Part shown: positions 10,384 through 21,267 of the stretch, one piece after another | How positions within the stretch are numbered: the first letter of the stretch is position 1 | How the letters are laid out: each line of letters starts with the position of its first letter | Source: Saprolegnia diclina VS20 | Lineage: Eukaryota | Direction of reading: 5' to 3' | DNA: 43,756 nucleotides | Assembly (NCBI RefSeq): GCF_000281045.1 | Contig: NW_008246133.1 | Coordinates: 94,885-138,640 of the forward strand | The notes under the pieces: model-generated | Database searches by the model: none | What the model saw: only the letters and a program-made list of their open reading frames with translations | What the model was told of the DNA's origin: nothing | Made by a program: the position numbers and the translations under genes

Positions 10384-11572
10384 ATGCAGATGGCCACCTC
10401 GGACGACGACGACGTGTACTTTGACGACTGCCTCGCGCTGCTCACGGGCGAAGCAACTGCTACCGCCCAGGATGCTACACTGCCCAAGAAGCGCCAGCGC
10501 GGCCTATCGCTTCGGAAAGAGATCGAGCGCCTCCGTGCCAAGCGTGATGACCTTGAGGCGCAACTGCAAGCGCTCCAGTCCCAACGCGCTCTCACGCCCA
10601 CGGCGTCGGCGTGGGCCGCGCGGGCGCAGCGCCAAGCCGTTGCGGCGCAGCACGCAATGCATGAACACGCCCGCCTCCAAGAACTTCTACGCGAACAGCT
10701 CCGCCTTGTCGCGACGCTCCAACGCGCGTTTGCCCGGAAGCCAAAAGCGTGCAACTTTCCTTGCGCCGCATCATGGAAGATGGCGAAGCTCGGCCCCAAT
10801 GGTCGCCGCGAAGACATGCTGCGGCTAACGCAGCTCCAGTACGACAAGCTCGAGACCGAGTGGATTCGCCACGGGTTGCACGACTTCGAAACGTCAAATA
10901 GTCCAGTACGCAAGCGCTACGTGCAACCTGTTGACGGCTCGCTCGGCGCCCATCTCGTCGAGTGTTCGTCGTGAGACGTGGACATGGCGACGCTGGCGGA
11001 TGAGTCTGTTTACGCACGAGCTGCCACCGAGACCGCTCGTATCGCACTTTTCCCAGGCATGGAAATACCTTCAGAAATGACGATGCTCATGGACAGATGT
11101 AGGAACTGGAGATCGATGGCGATATCAGCTACCTGCGCTACACGGCCACGATGCAGGCATCGGCGCTGCCACCCGAAGACGGGCGGCTCTTGTCGCGACG
11201 GTTTCTCGAGCCGACGCGCGCCGTTTTTGTGTGCCGATCGATCCACGAAGATGCCTTGTACCCACCGCGCCCGGCTCCATTTGTCGGCAACCAGTGCTCG
11301 TGGTACGACCTCGTACGATCCACAGGCCAGATTCAATGTGTCTCTGTAGGCTGGTGTTGCTCAAGACAGGACCGGAGAAAACCCGGCTACTCTCGTATGC
11401 GAGGCTGACGCCACCTGTGGTGACCACCGACACGGACGAGTTTCTGACACCAAGCAAGTACACGGAGTGTATGCTTCAGCTGCTCGACCAGTGCGGCACA
11501 GTGCTGCAAGATTCGATTCAGCACGCCTTGACTCAACATGCGTCCCGTGTCAGATGTTCTGTCATTACATAA
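10384..11572 (+). pseudogene. M96-like gene with premature TGA at 10972-10974 (Trp position in paralogs)
   Basis: VECSS*DVD aligns to VECHSWSLD and VCHSWPVP. Downstream exons stay homologous (RAVFVCRSIHEDALYP...NQCSW | intron | LVLLKTGPEKTRLLSYARLTPP...). Confidence 0.65.
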
Positions 11573-12011
11573 AAATGGACTCGAAGGCTAGAGAGTATAT
11601 CGGGCGATACACGAGAGATAAGACTGGAGATTTTTCCTCCTAATGTCGTGCTCAGTGCCAGGTCCAAACACGGCTCTTGTGCTCCGTCGTGCGAGGCTCG
11701 AGGCCAGACGTGGCCCACAAGACGACTTCTCTGACATCACTGGGGCACTTCTCTCGTTAAAATGTACATGTACTGGCGGCACTTCGTCGCTGGCTTCCAG
11801 CCCATGATCAATGCATATTATACAAGCTGTCTTCCAAGGACCAAATGGAATCTTGACTCGCCACCAATCGCGACATGGGCCTCCGTGATGACAACAAGTA
11901 ACACTGCCCTTGTATCTCCGCCCAACGCCTTAAGTGAGAATGATGCGTTTTCACTGCCGTTGACCACGGCTAACGAGCGCTGGACGATCGTCATTTGCGA
12001 ATACACCGACG

Positions 12012-15000
12012 ATGCAGCCACCGATGCTTCAGATCACGACGGACACTGACGCCCCCGCCTTGGTACACGTCGCCCGTCGGTATCAAGAGGCTCATGCAAT
12101 GACGATAGGTGCACCCGATGGTGCCTCTGGGGGCGACGCGCCGCATGTCAAGCAAGCGTGAAGACGACCGCCTCTCTCAACCTGCTTTCCTCGCCGACGC
12201 AATCGCGTTGCTCGTGGCTGTCGACGCCAAGCAACCCTTCGATGTACGACTTGTGGGGCTTGTCGTTTCTCACTGTTTCCGTATAGCAAGCCAAGTTGGA
12301 CGAGCTCGACGATATCCTCACGGCGGTAAACCCTCGCAAGTGGGCGGCCCTCGTGCATCCCAAATCGGTGACGGTCAAGTCCCCAAAAGGCTCGGCTAGT
12401 CTTGTCGACTGGCGCCTCCAGGTAGATCGTCTGGTATGTTCACACAATGTCTAATTTGGAGGTGCCTAGTGGAAGGAATACCTTCTCTGCTTGGCTGTCA
12501 AGGCCGGCTGCGACGAAGTCGTGCGCCAGCTCGTCGTGCTCGGTGCTACCGGCAGCTATCCCGTGTGGCATTTGGTACATACTCTTTTCGGTTACATTGG
12601 CTAGACTTGTTCGTAGGAGGAGCTCATGGAGACACCGTACTCGGCGGTGGTCGTTGCCATTGCCTATGGCCGCGCGCCCATGGCAATTTTCTTGATCGAG
12701 CAGCTGGCGACGCCGCTCGCTTCGGACATGGTGCGTCACTCGTCTCAAAATATTGTAGACATTTTTGTCCACGCTTCTAGATGGAGCTTTTTCTCTACTA
12801 TGCGATCCAGCACGCAACGCCCCGCACGCCGACCGACGACACCAAGTTGTGCATTTTGCGCTATCTTTTGAGCCACGGTGCCGACCCGAACGCGATCTTG
12901 CCGCAGGTACCCGCGTTACTATAGACCATTTGGTCGAACATCATCTCGTAGACGCAGCACAAGCTTCGAGCGTACGAGTATGCACTGCAACGCAAGGCGC
13001 TGTCGGCGGCTGTTGCGTGTTTCGAAGCCCGAGCCCCGGTGCAGCTCAAATTCAAGGTACCTTTTTTGATTTGTATCAACATATCAACAATTGATCACTA
13101 GGGCAAGCACGTCTTGCAGCATGTCGCGCCCAAGCTCACGCTTCCAGCGGCGCTTAACATCATCCTCTCGGACCTTCCGTTCAGCGTCAAGACGACGACA
13201 TCGTTTGTCAATGCAGTCGCGGTCGACACGTCGGTCCTCGAAGACGTCGGCCAACACCAGCACCATACGTGGACGACGCTTCTCGACTGCTCGCTCAAGC
13301 TCCCGGACGGGCTTCGCACGAATGTGCTCAAGGAGCTATTTCACCAGCCGATGTTTGCGTCCTTGGCCAAGACCGAACTCTACTCGCGATTCTCGCTCTC
13401 GAAAGACGAGCAAGGGCGGCGTGCGCTCAGCATTGCGGACAAGGCAACGCGGTATTTCTTCTACGACGAGCTCATGTTTTGTGGCCGGTACGAGCTCTAC
13501 ACGGGGCCGCCATTGCACCGAAGTGAGAGTGCGATGGTGGTGTTTGCGACCGACTACCGCCTCTATCAGCAGCTCTATGCCATGTACGCGGTACCGGACG
13601 TCGGTCTCGACTGCGCGGCCTTCAAGGCTGCGAGTCAGCACCTTACCAACCACAGCGCCGACAACGAGTCGCTCGACCATGTACCGCTGTTTTGAATTCT
13701 TCATTTTTTGACTTGATGGGATTGTGAGTAGCAACTCAACGAGACGTACGCGCGCTGGGATAAGGACCACAACCACGCCTTGAGCGAGTTCGAGTGGCTG
13801 CGCTATTGCAGCGAAAGCTTTGGCGAAAAGTACAAAGTCGCGCTCAAGTTCATGCGCTTCCCCGCCGACTACCGCCGCGAGCTCGCAGCGCGCGACACCA
13901 CGGTCCTCAACCCGGCGTACATTGTGCCGCACCTTCCGACCGCGACCCCGGGCGAAATTGCATCGGCGCTCGCAAGCTTTGCACCGACCGAGTACCTCGA
14001 CTTGAGCGACTACAAGCATCTGATTGTGATGCCGCCCGCCGCGCGGTCGCTCGAAGATGTCTTCCGCAAGGAGCGGCCGTCCGCGACCAAGACGCGCAAG
14101 TGCATGCAGCAAGTGGCAAAGGCGCTGTCGACGCTGCATGCGGCCAACGTCGTTCACGGCGATGTGAAAATGCACAAGGTGCTTCGCCTCGGCGACAGCT
14201 TCAAGCTCATTGACCTCGACGCATCCTGCCCCCAAGGGCAGCCAGCACTCGGGGCCAAATTTACCTCGGGGACGCTTCCGCCAGAGTGCTTTTACAAGCT
14301 CTCGTCGCCAAAGGAGCAAGAACTGCATCAAGTGTACTGGGGCACCGCGTGGAAGCACCAGCACAACCAGCGCGAGCTCTGGGCCAAGATGCAGCCCAGC
14401 CCCGACAACGTCGTGATTCGCGCCTTCTACGGCGACAGCGCCTCCGATTTGCCACCGCTACCCTATCCCCTCGTACACGCCACACCAGCGTTTGATCTCT
14501 GGGCGCTCGGATGCATGCTTTTCAAGCTCTGCAGTCTCGACAACACGCCGCTTCTTCTGTCCAACCGCGACGAAGACCTCGAGGCGAGCCAGATGCTCCA
14601 AGCGCTGCGCTGGACCGACGACGCCCTTGCCGCCCGCATTGCCGCCAAGGTACCCCACCCTTTGGCCCGGGACCTCATTGGCCGCTTGCTGCGCGTTGCG
14701 CCAGCGGATCGACTGCCCTTGGCGGACGTCCTCGACCACCCGTACTTTACGACGCCGGAATCGACGGGCGCCTCGTCCGACATGAGTTTTCAGATCCTCG
14801 AAGAAGTCGCCAAGGTCAAAGACAGCTTGACGCGCAGCATCAACGAGTCGAGCGCGCGCATTATTGCCCATGACGACAGCAACACGGACAAGGTGCTGTC
14901 GGCGATCACGACGTCCAAGAAGACGCTCATGCACGCCATGTACGAAGCCACCGAAGTCAACGTCCCAACAAGCTTTGTTCTGCTCCCGTGCAAAGCTGGA

Positions 15001-15611
15001 GCGAGCGCGCCTGGTCCGCCCGCCAAACTCCAAGACGACATCCTCAAGTTTGTGACAACACTTGCCAAAACCAAGGCGACCCCCGAGGTCAAAGCCACGT
15101 CACTTTTCGACTGCTTTCGCGGCCAAGTCGACGCGATGGGGTCGCTCAAGAACAAGCTCTTTATGCAGGAGACCATGTACCTCTACCTTTTGGACGAAGC
15201 GACTGGTGACCTGGCGCCGGTCAAAGGCGTCTACCCGATTGCGATTACGACCAAGACTGACGACTATTTACGTTTGTTGACCGGTACTTGCCGTTGATTC
15301 AAGGCGGCTTTACGCTCCTTCGCGGCGTCGACAAGATCACCAAGCTCCTCGGCGTCCTGGGGGTGCCAAAGGCAGCGACTGAGATCGTCGACCGCATCGA
15401 ATCGGTCTTTGGCGAAATGGAAGGCAACGTCAACAAGCTCATGCAAGAAGCCAAGGCGACCAAAGAAATGGTCGGACTTCGCGGCCCGCAGCTCCGGCAG
15501 CTCGAAGTGTTCTTTGAGAAGCGCGATCCCGCAAAAACGTTCTCAGGCCTGCGACGCATCCCGGGCGAAGACGGCCGCGCAATCTGGACCGTTCATGCCG
15601 CCAGCGAGTAG
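12012..15611 (+). CDS. Multi-exon ankyrin-repeat / EF-hand / atypical Ser-Thr protein kinase; apparent frameshift ~15270
   Basis: About 8 exons joined by short GT..AG introns from ATG 12012. Ankyrin-like segments LCLAVKAGCDEVVRQLVVLGA, VVVAIAYGRAPMAIFLIEQ, YLLSHGADPNA. EF-hand loop DKDHNHALSEFE. Kinase motifs VALKFM, VHGDVK, KLIDLD, TSGTLPPE, DLWALGCMLF, HPYF. The C-terminus continues in another frame (FVDRYLPLIQGG...) to the stop at 15611. Confidence 0.8.
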
Positions 15612-15851
15612 AGTATTTTCTTTCATTCATATTCAAATGTATAGCATTGTCCATTCTTTTGTGAACGCTGCAGAAAGAGAGTGCTGTACTCAGTACCCTA
15701 GCCCGCTTGTAACCACACCCCGCATTGCGACCCGGCCATTTTGCCGTATTATACCAGGTATATCGGTATAGGATACGCCAAATACAAGATGTAAGGAAAC
15801 ATGGTATCAAATTGACATCAAAATGTTAGAAACGAGGGACGAAGCTGCTGT

Positions 15852-17498
15852 TTACGGGCACCACACGAACGAGGTAAACTTGGTGCAGTCCTCCTTGCTG
15901 TAGGTGAGCGCTTGCTTGGTGAACGGCCAAAAGCACGTGTTGGTGTTGCCGGCGCAGTCGTCGCTCGGAGCGCTCGTCGGTTGCGACGTCGGCTTGTCCG
16001 TCGGCTTCTTCGTGGGCTTGGTCGTCGGCATATCCGTCGGCTTCTTTGTCGGCTTGTCAGTAGGCTGCTTCGTGGGCTTGTCGGTTGGCTGCTTTGTCGG
16101 CTTGTCAGTAGGCTCTTTCGTCGGCTTGTCGGTCGGCTTGTCAGTCACGGGCGCATCGGTGATCGGGTCCACCGTCACGGGCGATGACGTCGGTTTGTCG
16201 CTGCTCGGCGCCGGCGTCGGGTCCGTCGACGACCCGTTGCGGATGTTGTCGTACTTGGACGTCGGGTAGTTGAGGTTGTTGGCGTCGAACGCCATGTGCC
16301 CCTTTCCAAACGTGTCGTAGACCTGCGTGATGAGCGACCGCGGGGACCCGGCCTTGGCGTCGGCGTCGCCCGACCAAAACATGGTGCCGCCGAGGTTGTA
16401 CTTTTTGATGTAGTCGAGCTTCATGGCGAGACTCTCGGGCGAGTCGTAGGACGTAAAGGTCTTGGAGGTCTCGTCGTAGCTGTAGGCGGCGCCGAGCTTG
16501 GCGTCAAACACCTCTTTGGCACCCGCACGGGGAAGGGCCTTGTAGTCCCAGACACCCTTGCCGTCGTTGCCAGAGACCCACGAGCCGGCCGTCGGCGGCG
16601 TAAACTTGCCGTACAAACCCGACGTACCCTCAAACGACCGACCGTAGGCCGGAATACCCATGACGATCTTGTTGCTCGGGCACCCGCCTTTGATGTAGTC
16701 TTGGATCGCGCCGTGGGCCGAGTACTTGGCACCGTCCGGGTGGGTCGGGTCTTCGTACAAGTTGGCCTGGTGGTCCGTGTACGCGCTCCAGCTGCCCGCC
16801 ATGTCGTACGTCATAATGTTGATAAAGTCGAGCTGCTCGCACACCGCCTTGAAGTCCCAGTGACGGTAGTTGGCAGGACCCGCCGGCGACGCGACACTCA
16901 GCTCGGCCTTGAACGGCAGCTTGGCGAGCTCGGTGCGGATCGCGGTCAGAAGCGCCACAAAGTTCTTCATGTCATCCGGACGGTGCGGCACGGGCGGCGA
17001 GTCATTGCCGCCCTCGACAGGGTACTCCCAGTCAATGTCGATAAAGTCGAGGCCGAGGTCGAGCATGAGCTTGACCGAGCTCTTGGCAAACGTCGTGCGA
17101 CCGGTCTCGGTGCTGGCGATGCCGCTGAACTGGTCGCTCAAGGTCCAGCCGCCGATCGAGAGGCCAAACTTGGTGCCGCGAAACTTCTTCTTGAGCTTGT
17201 TGGCTTGACCGAACTGGCCATACACGTTGTTGCCCGTGTCGCTCCACGAGTCGTCGGGGTAGCGCTTGTCGGTCGCGGCCCACGTGTCGTACAAGCCGAC
17301 AGTGCCGTCGGCGGCGGGCTTGCCAAAGGCGTAGTTGATGTGCGTGATGCGAGACCAGTCGAGATCGAAAATGTGAAAGTTGCGACCGTAGATGCTCCAC
17401 TCCATAAAATAAACGACGTTCTTGAGGCCGGTGGCATCGACAGACGACGCTGCGATCGCGAGCGCAAGCAGCGAGGCGGGCTTGAGAATGGTCACCAT
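15852..17498 (-). CDS. Secreted GH18 chitinase with P/T/K-rich linker and C-terminal 4-Cys domain (548 aa)
   Basis: Signal peptide, SIGGWT, catalytic LDFIDIDWEYP (DxxDxDxE), MTYDMAG, GGTMFW, PTDKPTK repeats, C-terminal C..CFWP..C..FVWCP. Confidence 0.95.
   Translation of the reverse strand: MVTILKPASLLALAIAASSVDATGLKNVVYFMEWSIYGRNFHIFDLDWSRITHINYAFGKPAADGTVGLYDTWAATDKRYPDDSWSDTGNNVYGQFGQANKLKKKFRGTKFGLSIGGWTLSDQFSGIASTETGRTTFAKSSVKLMLDLGLDFIDIDWEYPVEGGNDSPPVPHRPDDMKNFVALLTAIRTELAKLPFKAELSVASPAGPANYRHWDFKAVCEQLDFINIMTYDMAGSWSAYTDHQANLYEDPTHPDGAKYSAHGAIQDYIKGGCPSNKIVMGIPAYGRSFEGTSGLYGKFTPPTAGSWVSGNDGKGVWDYKALPRAGAKEVFDAKLGAAYSYDETSKTFTSYDSPESLAMKLDYIKKYNLGGTMFWSGDADAKAGSPRSLITQVYDTFGKGHMAFDANNLNYPTSKYDNIRNGSSTDPTPAPSSDKPTSSPVTVDPITDAPVTDKPTDKPTKEPTDKPTKQPTDKPTKQPTDKPTKKPTDMPTTKPTKKPTDKPTSQPTSAPSDDCAGNTNTCFWPFTKQALTYSKEDCTKFTSFVWCP
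15975..16150 (-). repeat. Coding tandem repeats (12/24-nt units; PTDK/PTKx) in chitinase linker
   Basis: Repeated gtcggcttgtc units encode TDKPTKQ/KP. Confidence 0.85.
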
Positions 17499-17509
17499 GA
17501 TGCAGACAA

Positions 17510-17527
17510 GGAAATTTGGTTAATGAG
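17510..17527 (-). promoter_or_regulatory. Oomycete INR+FPR core promoter of the minus-strand chitinase
   Basis: Minus strand CTCATTAACCAAATTTCC, 11 nt upstream of ATG; resembles the known oomycete TCAYTYY...WTTTNC element. Confidence 0.55.
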
Positions 17528-17911
17528 GACTTACGGTGCAGGATGTGTGGGCCGCTGCGAGACAACAAGCCGGAGGGTTCGATCAGGGATGACCGCTTCT
17601 TGCGAGGTCTCATGCGTTCGATCCGCGTAGGTCGCATCATCATCGGCGCACTCTTTTGCGACAACAGCTGGGTTTGCAGAAAAATGTGCGGTCAGAAGCG
17701 ACCGTGCACCGGCTTTTTGGCGCGGTACAGTGATACTGTCTACGGCCAACGGCAAAGATCGCACCGAACTACCAACGCAATTGTTGACTTGCACAGGTTC
17801 GAATGGATAGCGCCCTTCTCAAAATTCCCGAGTATATGCGATGCGTTGGGCTTTTCAAGGAGACTTTAAAAAATTGTTGAGATTTTCGCCGGGTTGATAA
17901 GGCACTTTTGT

Positions 17912-18051
17912 GTGATGCGTCCCTAGAGTCTATCGCGTCGCCAAAACACGCTTGGTGAGTCTCCGAATATATAGGATACTGATGTACCCTATATATTCGG
18001 AGACTCACCAAGCGTGTTTTGGCGACGCGATAGACTCTAGGGACGCATCAC
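17912..18051. repeat. 140-bp near-perfect inverted repeat (hairpin): 64-bp perfect arms 17912-17975 / 17988-18051
   Basis: gtgatgcgtccctagagtc...gaatatatagg is the exact reverse complement of cctatatattc...gggacgcatcac. The 12-nt centre (atactgatgtac) adds one mismatch, 3 bp and a 4-nt loop. Confidence 0.97.
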
Positions 18052-19170
18052 CTTTCATCGGGACTGTACCGGCAACGGTACGAGCACAAGTCGGATGTGC
18101 CGTGGTACTTGAGCCTTCGCAAACGGTCTTCGAACTGTTGCATCAATCAACATGGTTTGGTTCGTACCACACCAAATGTGTCAATAAACGCGCGCATGTG
18201 CCAGTCGATAAAGGCGAACGTTCGTGCATGTTGCGCCAACCGACTATCGCCATCGCATCTGAGCCCGCGCCACGAACGACGCGCCACAAAAACTCACACT
18301 GTGCACGCGCCATCCCTCCGATGTCAAGATTGGATTCCACAGACTGTAATGTTTGGACCAGAAAATACGACGAAATGAACCGAAAATAGTGTGTCCAACG
18401 ATAAGAACTAGGGAGGCGCCACTCGCCAAAACCCACATGACATACTTGGTACGAGGCGTTCGTGCAAAGTCGTTCGACTTGGAGGCATCCCTGTCGTCAT
18501 TTGGAGACCCCAGAAACGCTGAAGAGCTATCCAATGAGCGGCGACTTTCAACTTGATACAAAGATCATGCGCACCGAATCGGTTTTGGGCTTCAATCCGA
18601 GTGCAACCAAAAATCTCCGGAGGCGTCGGAACCAGCACGTCGTTTCTCGCATTCTCAGTTGAAGGCTTCCATCTTGATTCTCACCCTCGAACGGTCCCAC
18701 CCTTTCCAAGCTTTCAATGCTCGGTGGCAGCTCCGTATCAAGCGTCTCACAAGCGATATGTATAAAATGACAAAAGCAATGTACAATACAGTCCATCTCG
18801 ACCAAAGAAATGCGACAACCATCCCTGGTATTCTGCCCGTGTTACAGCGAGTCGTCATTGCCGTGGGGCGACCCTTCACAAGACTCTGTCGGTTCCGAGA
18901 TCAGGTCGTTGCAGCGAGTGATCGTCACGACCAAGTGCCTCCCGTTGATGCAACAGCCAGAACGTGCGTTTGATCGACAGACTCTGCTCGCGTGGCGCCT
19001 TCGAAGGCAGCCAACGGGCGCTTGCCCGTCCTTCCGCCACCGGTGGTTCTTTCGCAGTTGCCAGCTTCCTCGGTATCTCGGGCGAACCTCAAAAAGTCGT
19101 TGCCAAGTCGTTTCATCGCGCTCGTGCTGCCACGTCATGAAACTTATTTTGCAAAACTCCCATTCTCGAG

Positions 19171-19188
19171 TTCATTTTCGCTTTTGCC
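19171..19188 (+). promoter_or_regulatory. INR+FPR core promoter of chitinase 19209
   Basis: TTCATTTTCGCTTTTGCC, ~20 nt upstream of ATG 19209; supports that ATG over the ORF-track start at 18810. Confidence 0.55.
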
Positions 19189-19208
19189 TCCGTCCCGCCA
19201 TTGCTACC

Positions 19209-20750
19209 ATGGGCGTGCTCTCCAAGCTCTTTGCCATCGCCGCCGCCGTCGCGCCGTGCGTCGCCCGGGACGGCCTCAAGAACGTCGTTTACTTTATGGA
19301 GTGGAGCATCTACGCGCGCAACTTTCACATATTCGACCTCGATTGGTCGCGCATCACGCATGTCAACTACGCCTTTGGCAAGCCCAACGCCGACGGTACC
19401 GTGCAGCTCTACGACACGTGGTCCGCGACCGACAAGCGCTACATTGACCACGGCGACTCGTGGAACGACCTCGGGAACAATGTCTATGGCCAATTCGGGC
19501 ACGCCAACAAGATGAAAAAGATGCACCGGCACGCCAAGTTTGGGCTCTCGATCGGCGGCTGGACGCTCAGTGGCCTCTTTAGCGGGTTTGCGGCGACCGA
19601 GATGGGCCGGCGAACGTTCGCATCGAGCGCGGTGCAACTCATGCTCGACCTCGGCCTCGACTTTATCGACATTGATTGGGAGTACCCCGTCGAAGGCGGC
19701 AACGCGATTCCGCACTCACCTGACGACATGGCCAACTTTGTGCTCCTTTTGCAAGCTATTCGTGACGCGTACGCATCACTGCCATTCCTCGCCGAGCTCA
19801 GCGTCGCGTCGCCAGCCGGACCCGAAAACTATGCGCACTGGGACTTTCCATCCGTGTGTGGGCTCGTCGACCATGTCAACTTGATGGCGTACGACCTCGC
19901 TGGCAGCTGGAGTGCGTACACCGACTACCAAAACAACTTGTTTGCGGACCCGCAGCATCCATCTGGGAAGCAATATTCGATCGACCGCGCAGTGCAAGAC
20001 TACATCTCCGGCGGCTGTCCGAGCGAGAAGATCGTCATGGGCATCCCGCTCTATGGCCGGTCGTTTGAAAACTCACACGGTTTGTACACGCCGTTTACAG
20101 CGCCGACCACCGGCTCGTGGGTCTCGGGCAGTGACGGCGCCGGCGTCTGGGACTACAAGATCTTACCGCGCCCGGGCGCGACCGAGCTCTACGATGAAAA
20201 GCTCGGCGCCGGCTACAGCTACGACGCCAATTCGCGCGTCTTTACGTCCTACGAGACGCCCCGCAGCCTCGCCGCCAAGCTCGAGTACATTGACAAGTAC
20301 GCTCTCGGTGGCACCATGTTTTGGGCGGGCGACGCCGACGCGCCGTTGGCATCAGGGCGGTCGCTGATTGCGCAGGCACACGACTTCTTTGGCCGTGACA
20401 AGCTGGCATTGTACGACAACAACGTAGCGTACCCGACGTCCAAGTACGCCAACATCCGCAACAGCTCGTCGTCGGGCACCGAGACGCCGGCGGTTGCAGC
20501 AGTTGCGACGCGAGCGCCGTCGGTACTTGCGACGAGCGCGCCGCCTGCAGCCACGGACACACCGGAAGAGGACGCAACGGAAGCGCCAGCGACGGACGCA
20601 CCTACGCAGACGGTCGCGCCGCACCGTCCATCGAGCGAGGCGTGCGCCGGGTACCGCAACACGTGCTTTTGGCCGCTGACCAAGTTGCCGCTTGCGTACA
20701 CCAAGAGCGACTGCGACAAGTTCAAAGGCACGTTTGTGTGGTGCCCCTAG
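19209..20750 (+). CDS. Secreted GH18 chitinase with A/T/P-rich linker and C-terminal 4-Cys domain
   Basis: MGVLSKLFAIAAAVAPCVA signal peptide; SIGGWT; LDFIDIDWEYP; MAYDLAG; CAGYRNTCFWP...FVWCP*. Confidence 0.95.
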   Translation: MGVLSKLFAIAAAVAPCVARDGLKNVVYFMEWSIYARNFHIFDLDWSRITHVNYAFGKPNADGTVQLYDTWSATDKRYIDHGDSWNDLGNNVYGQFGHANKMKKMHRHAKFGLSIGGWTLSGLFSGFAATEMGRRTFASSAVQLMLDLGLDFIDIDWEYPVEGGNAIPHSPDDMANFVLLLQAIRDAYASLPFLAELSVASPAGPENYAHWDFPSVCGLVDHVNLMAYDLAGSWSAYTDYQNNLFADPQHPSGKQYSIDRAVQDYISGGCPSEKIVMGIPLYGRSFENSHGLYTPFTAPTTGSWVSGSDGAGVWDYKILPRPGATELYDEKLGAGYSYDANSRVFTSYETPRSLAAKLEYIDKYALGGTMFWAGDADAPLASGRSLIAQAHDFFGRDKLALYDNNVAYPTSKYANIRNSSSSGTETPAVAAVATRAPSVLATSAPPAATDTPEEDATEAPATDAPTQTVAPHRPSSEACAGYRNTCFWPLTKLPLAYTKSDCDKFKGTFVWCP

Positions 20751-21267
20751 TCGATCCAAAGTGTCTTAGTGTCTCACATTCCTGCATCGTATCGTCCTTT
20801 TTATTTCCATGACCACTAAGAACTGTGTGCGTCTTGTTGCAGATCGACTTTGCAGAAGAGTTTACTCGAGAGTGGCACGTCTGCACTTCGCAGCGCATCA
20901 TTGGGTCGAGTTGCTGGAGCTGTATCATGCAGCTCCATCAATAGGATAGGCATGATTGCTGTGGTCGGTTCCTTTTGCTCGGGGCAAGGTGACGAGATCA
21001 ACGGCACGTACAGTATATCGGTAGCGACAAGAAATGTGTACTTCGCCACACAAATATTGGGCGCTTGAAGCCTACTCGCAGTGATGATGCCCATCAGCAA
21101 TGACGTAAGAGCGCACTTGCCATCGCCGTAGACCCGCGTAGGAGCCCCGTTTCTAAACCGTGCAGTCGGTTGTCCAAAATGGCGAGTTCCTAGTAGGTCG
21201 GACCTAGTTGGTCTAAATATATTCGAGACATCAGTATACTGACGACACGATCCTTGCGCGGACCGAC

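Noticed and set aside
10972..10974. TGA at a conserved Trp as evidence of recoding or an alternative genetic code
   Set aside because: Other genes use TGG for Trp and TGA as a normal stop (e.g. 2272-2274). A single G->A nonsense change is simpler.
16296..17630. Long antisense/shadow ORFs (also 8800-9909, 13336-14364, 24976-26085, 39727-41211)
   Set aside because: They overlap well-supported genes. They are expected from high GC3 codon bias and show no recognisable motifs.
17912..18051. Hairpin as tRNA, rho-independent terminator or confirmed MITE
   Set aside because: No cloverleaf; eukaryotic context; no TSD or second copy visible. Kept only as an inverted repeat.
18810..19208. In-frame N-terminal extensions of chitinase ORFs (also 22684-22851)
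   Set aside because: Signal peptides, INR+FPR elements and paralog alignment place the starts at 19209 and 22852.
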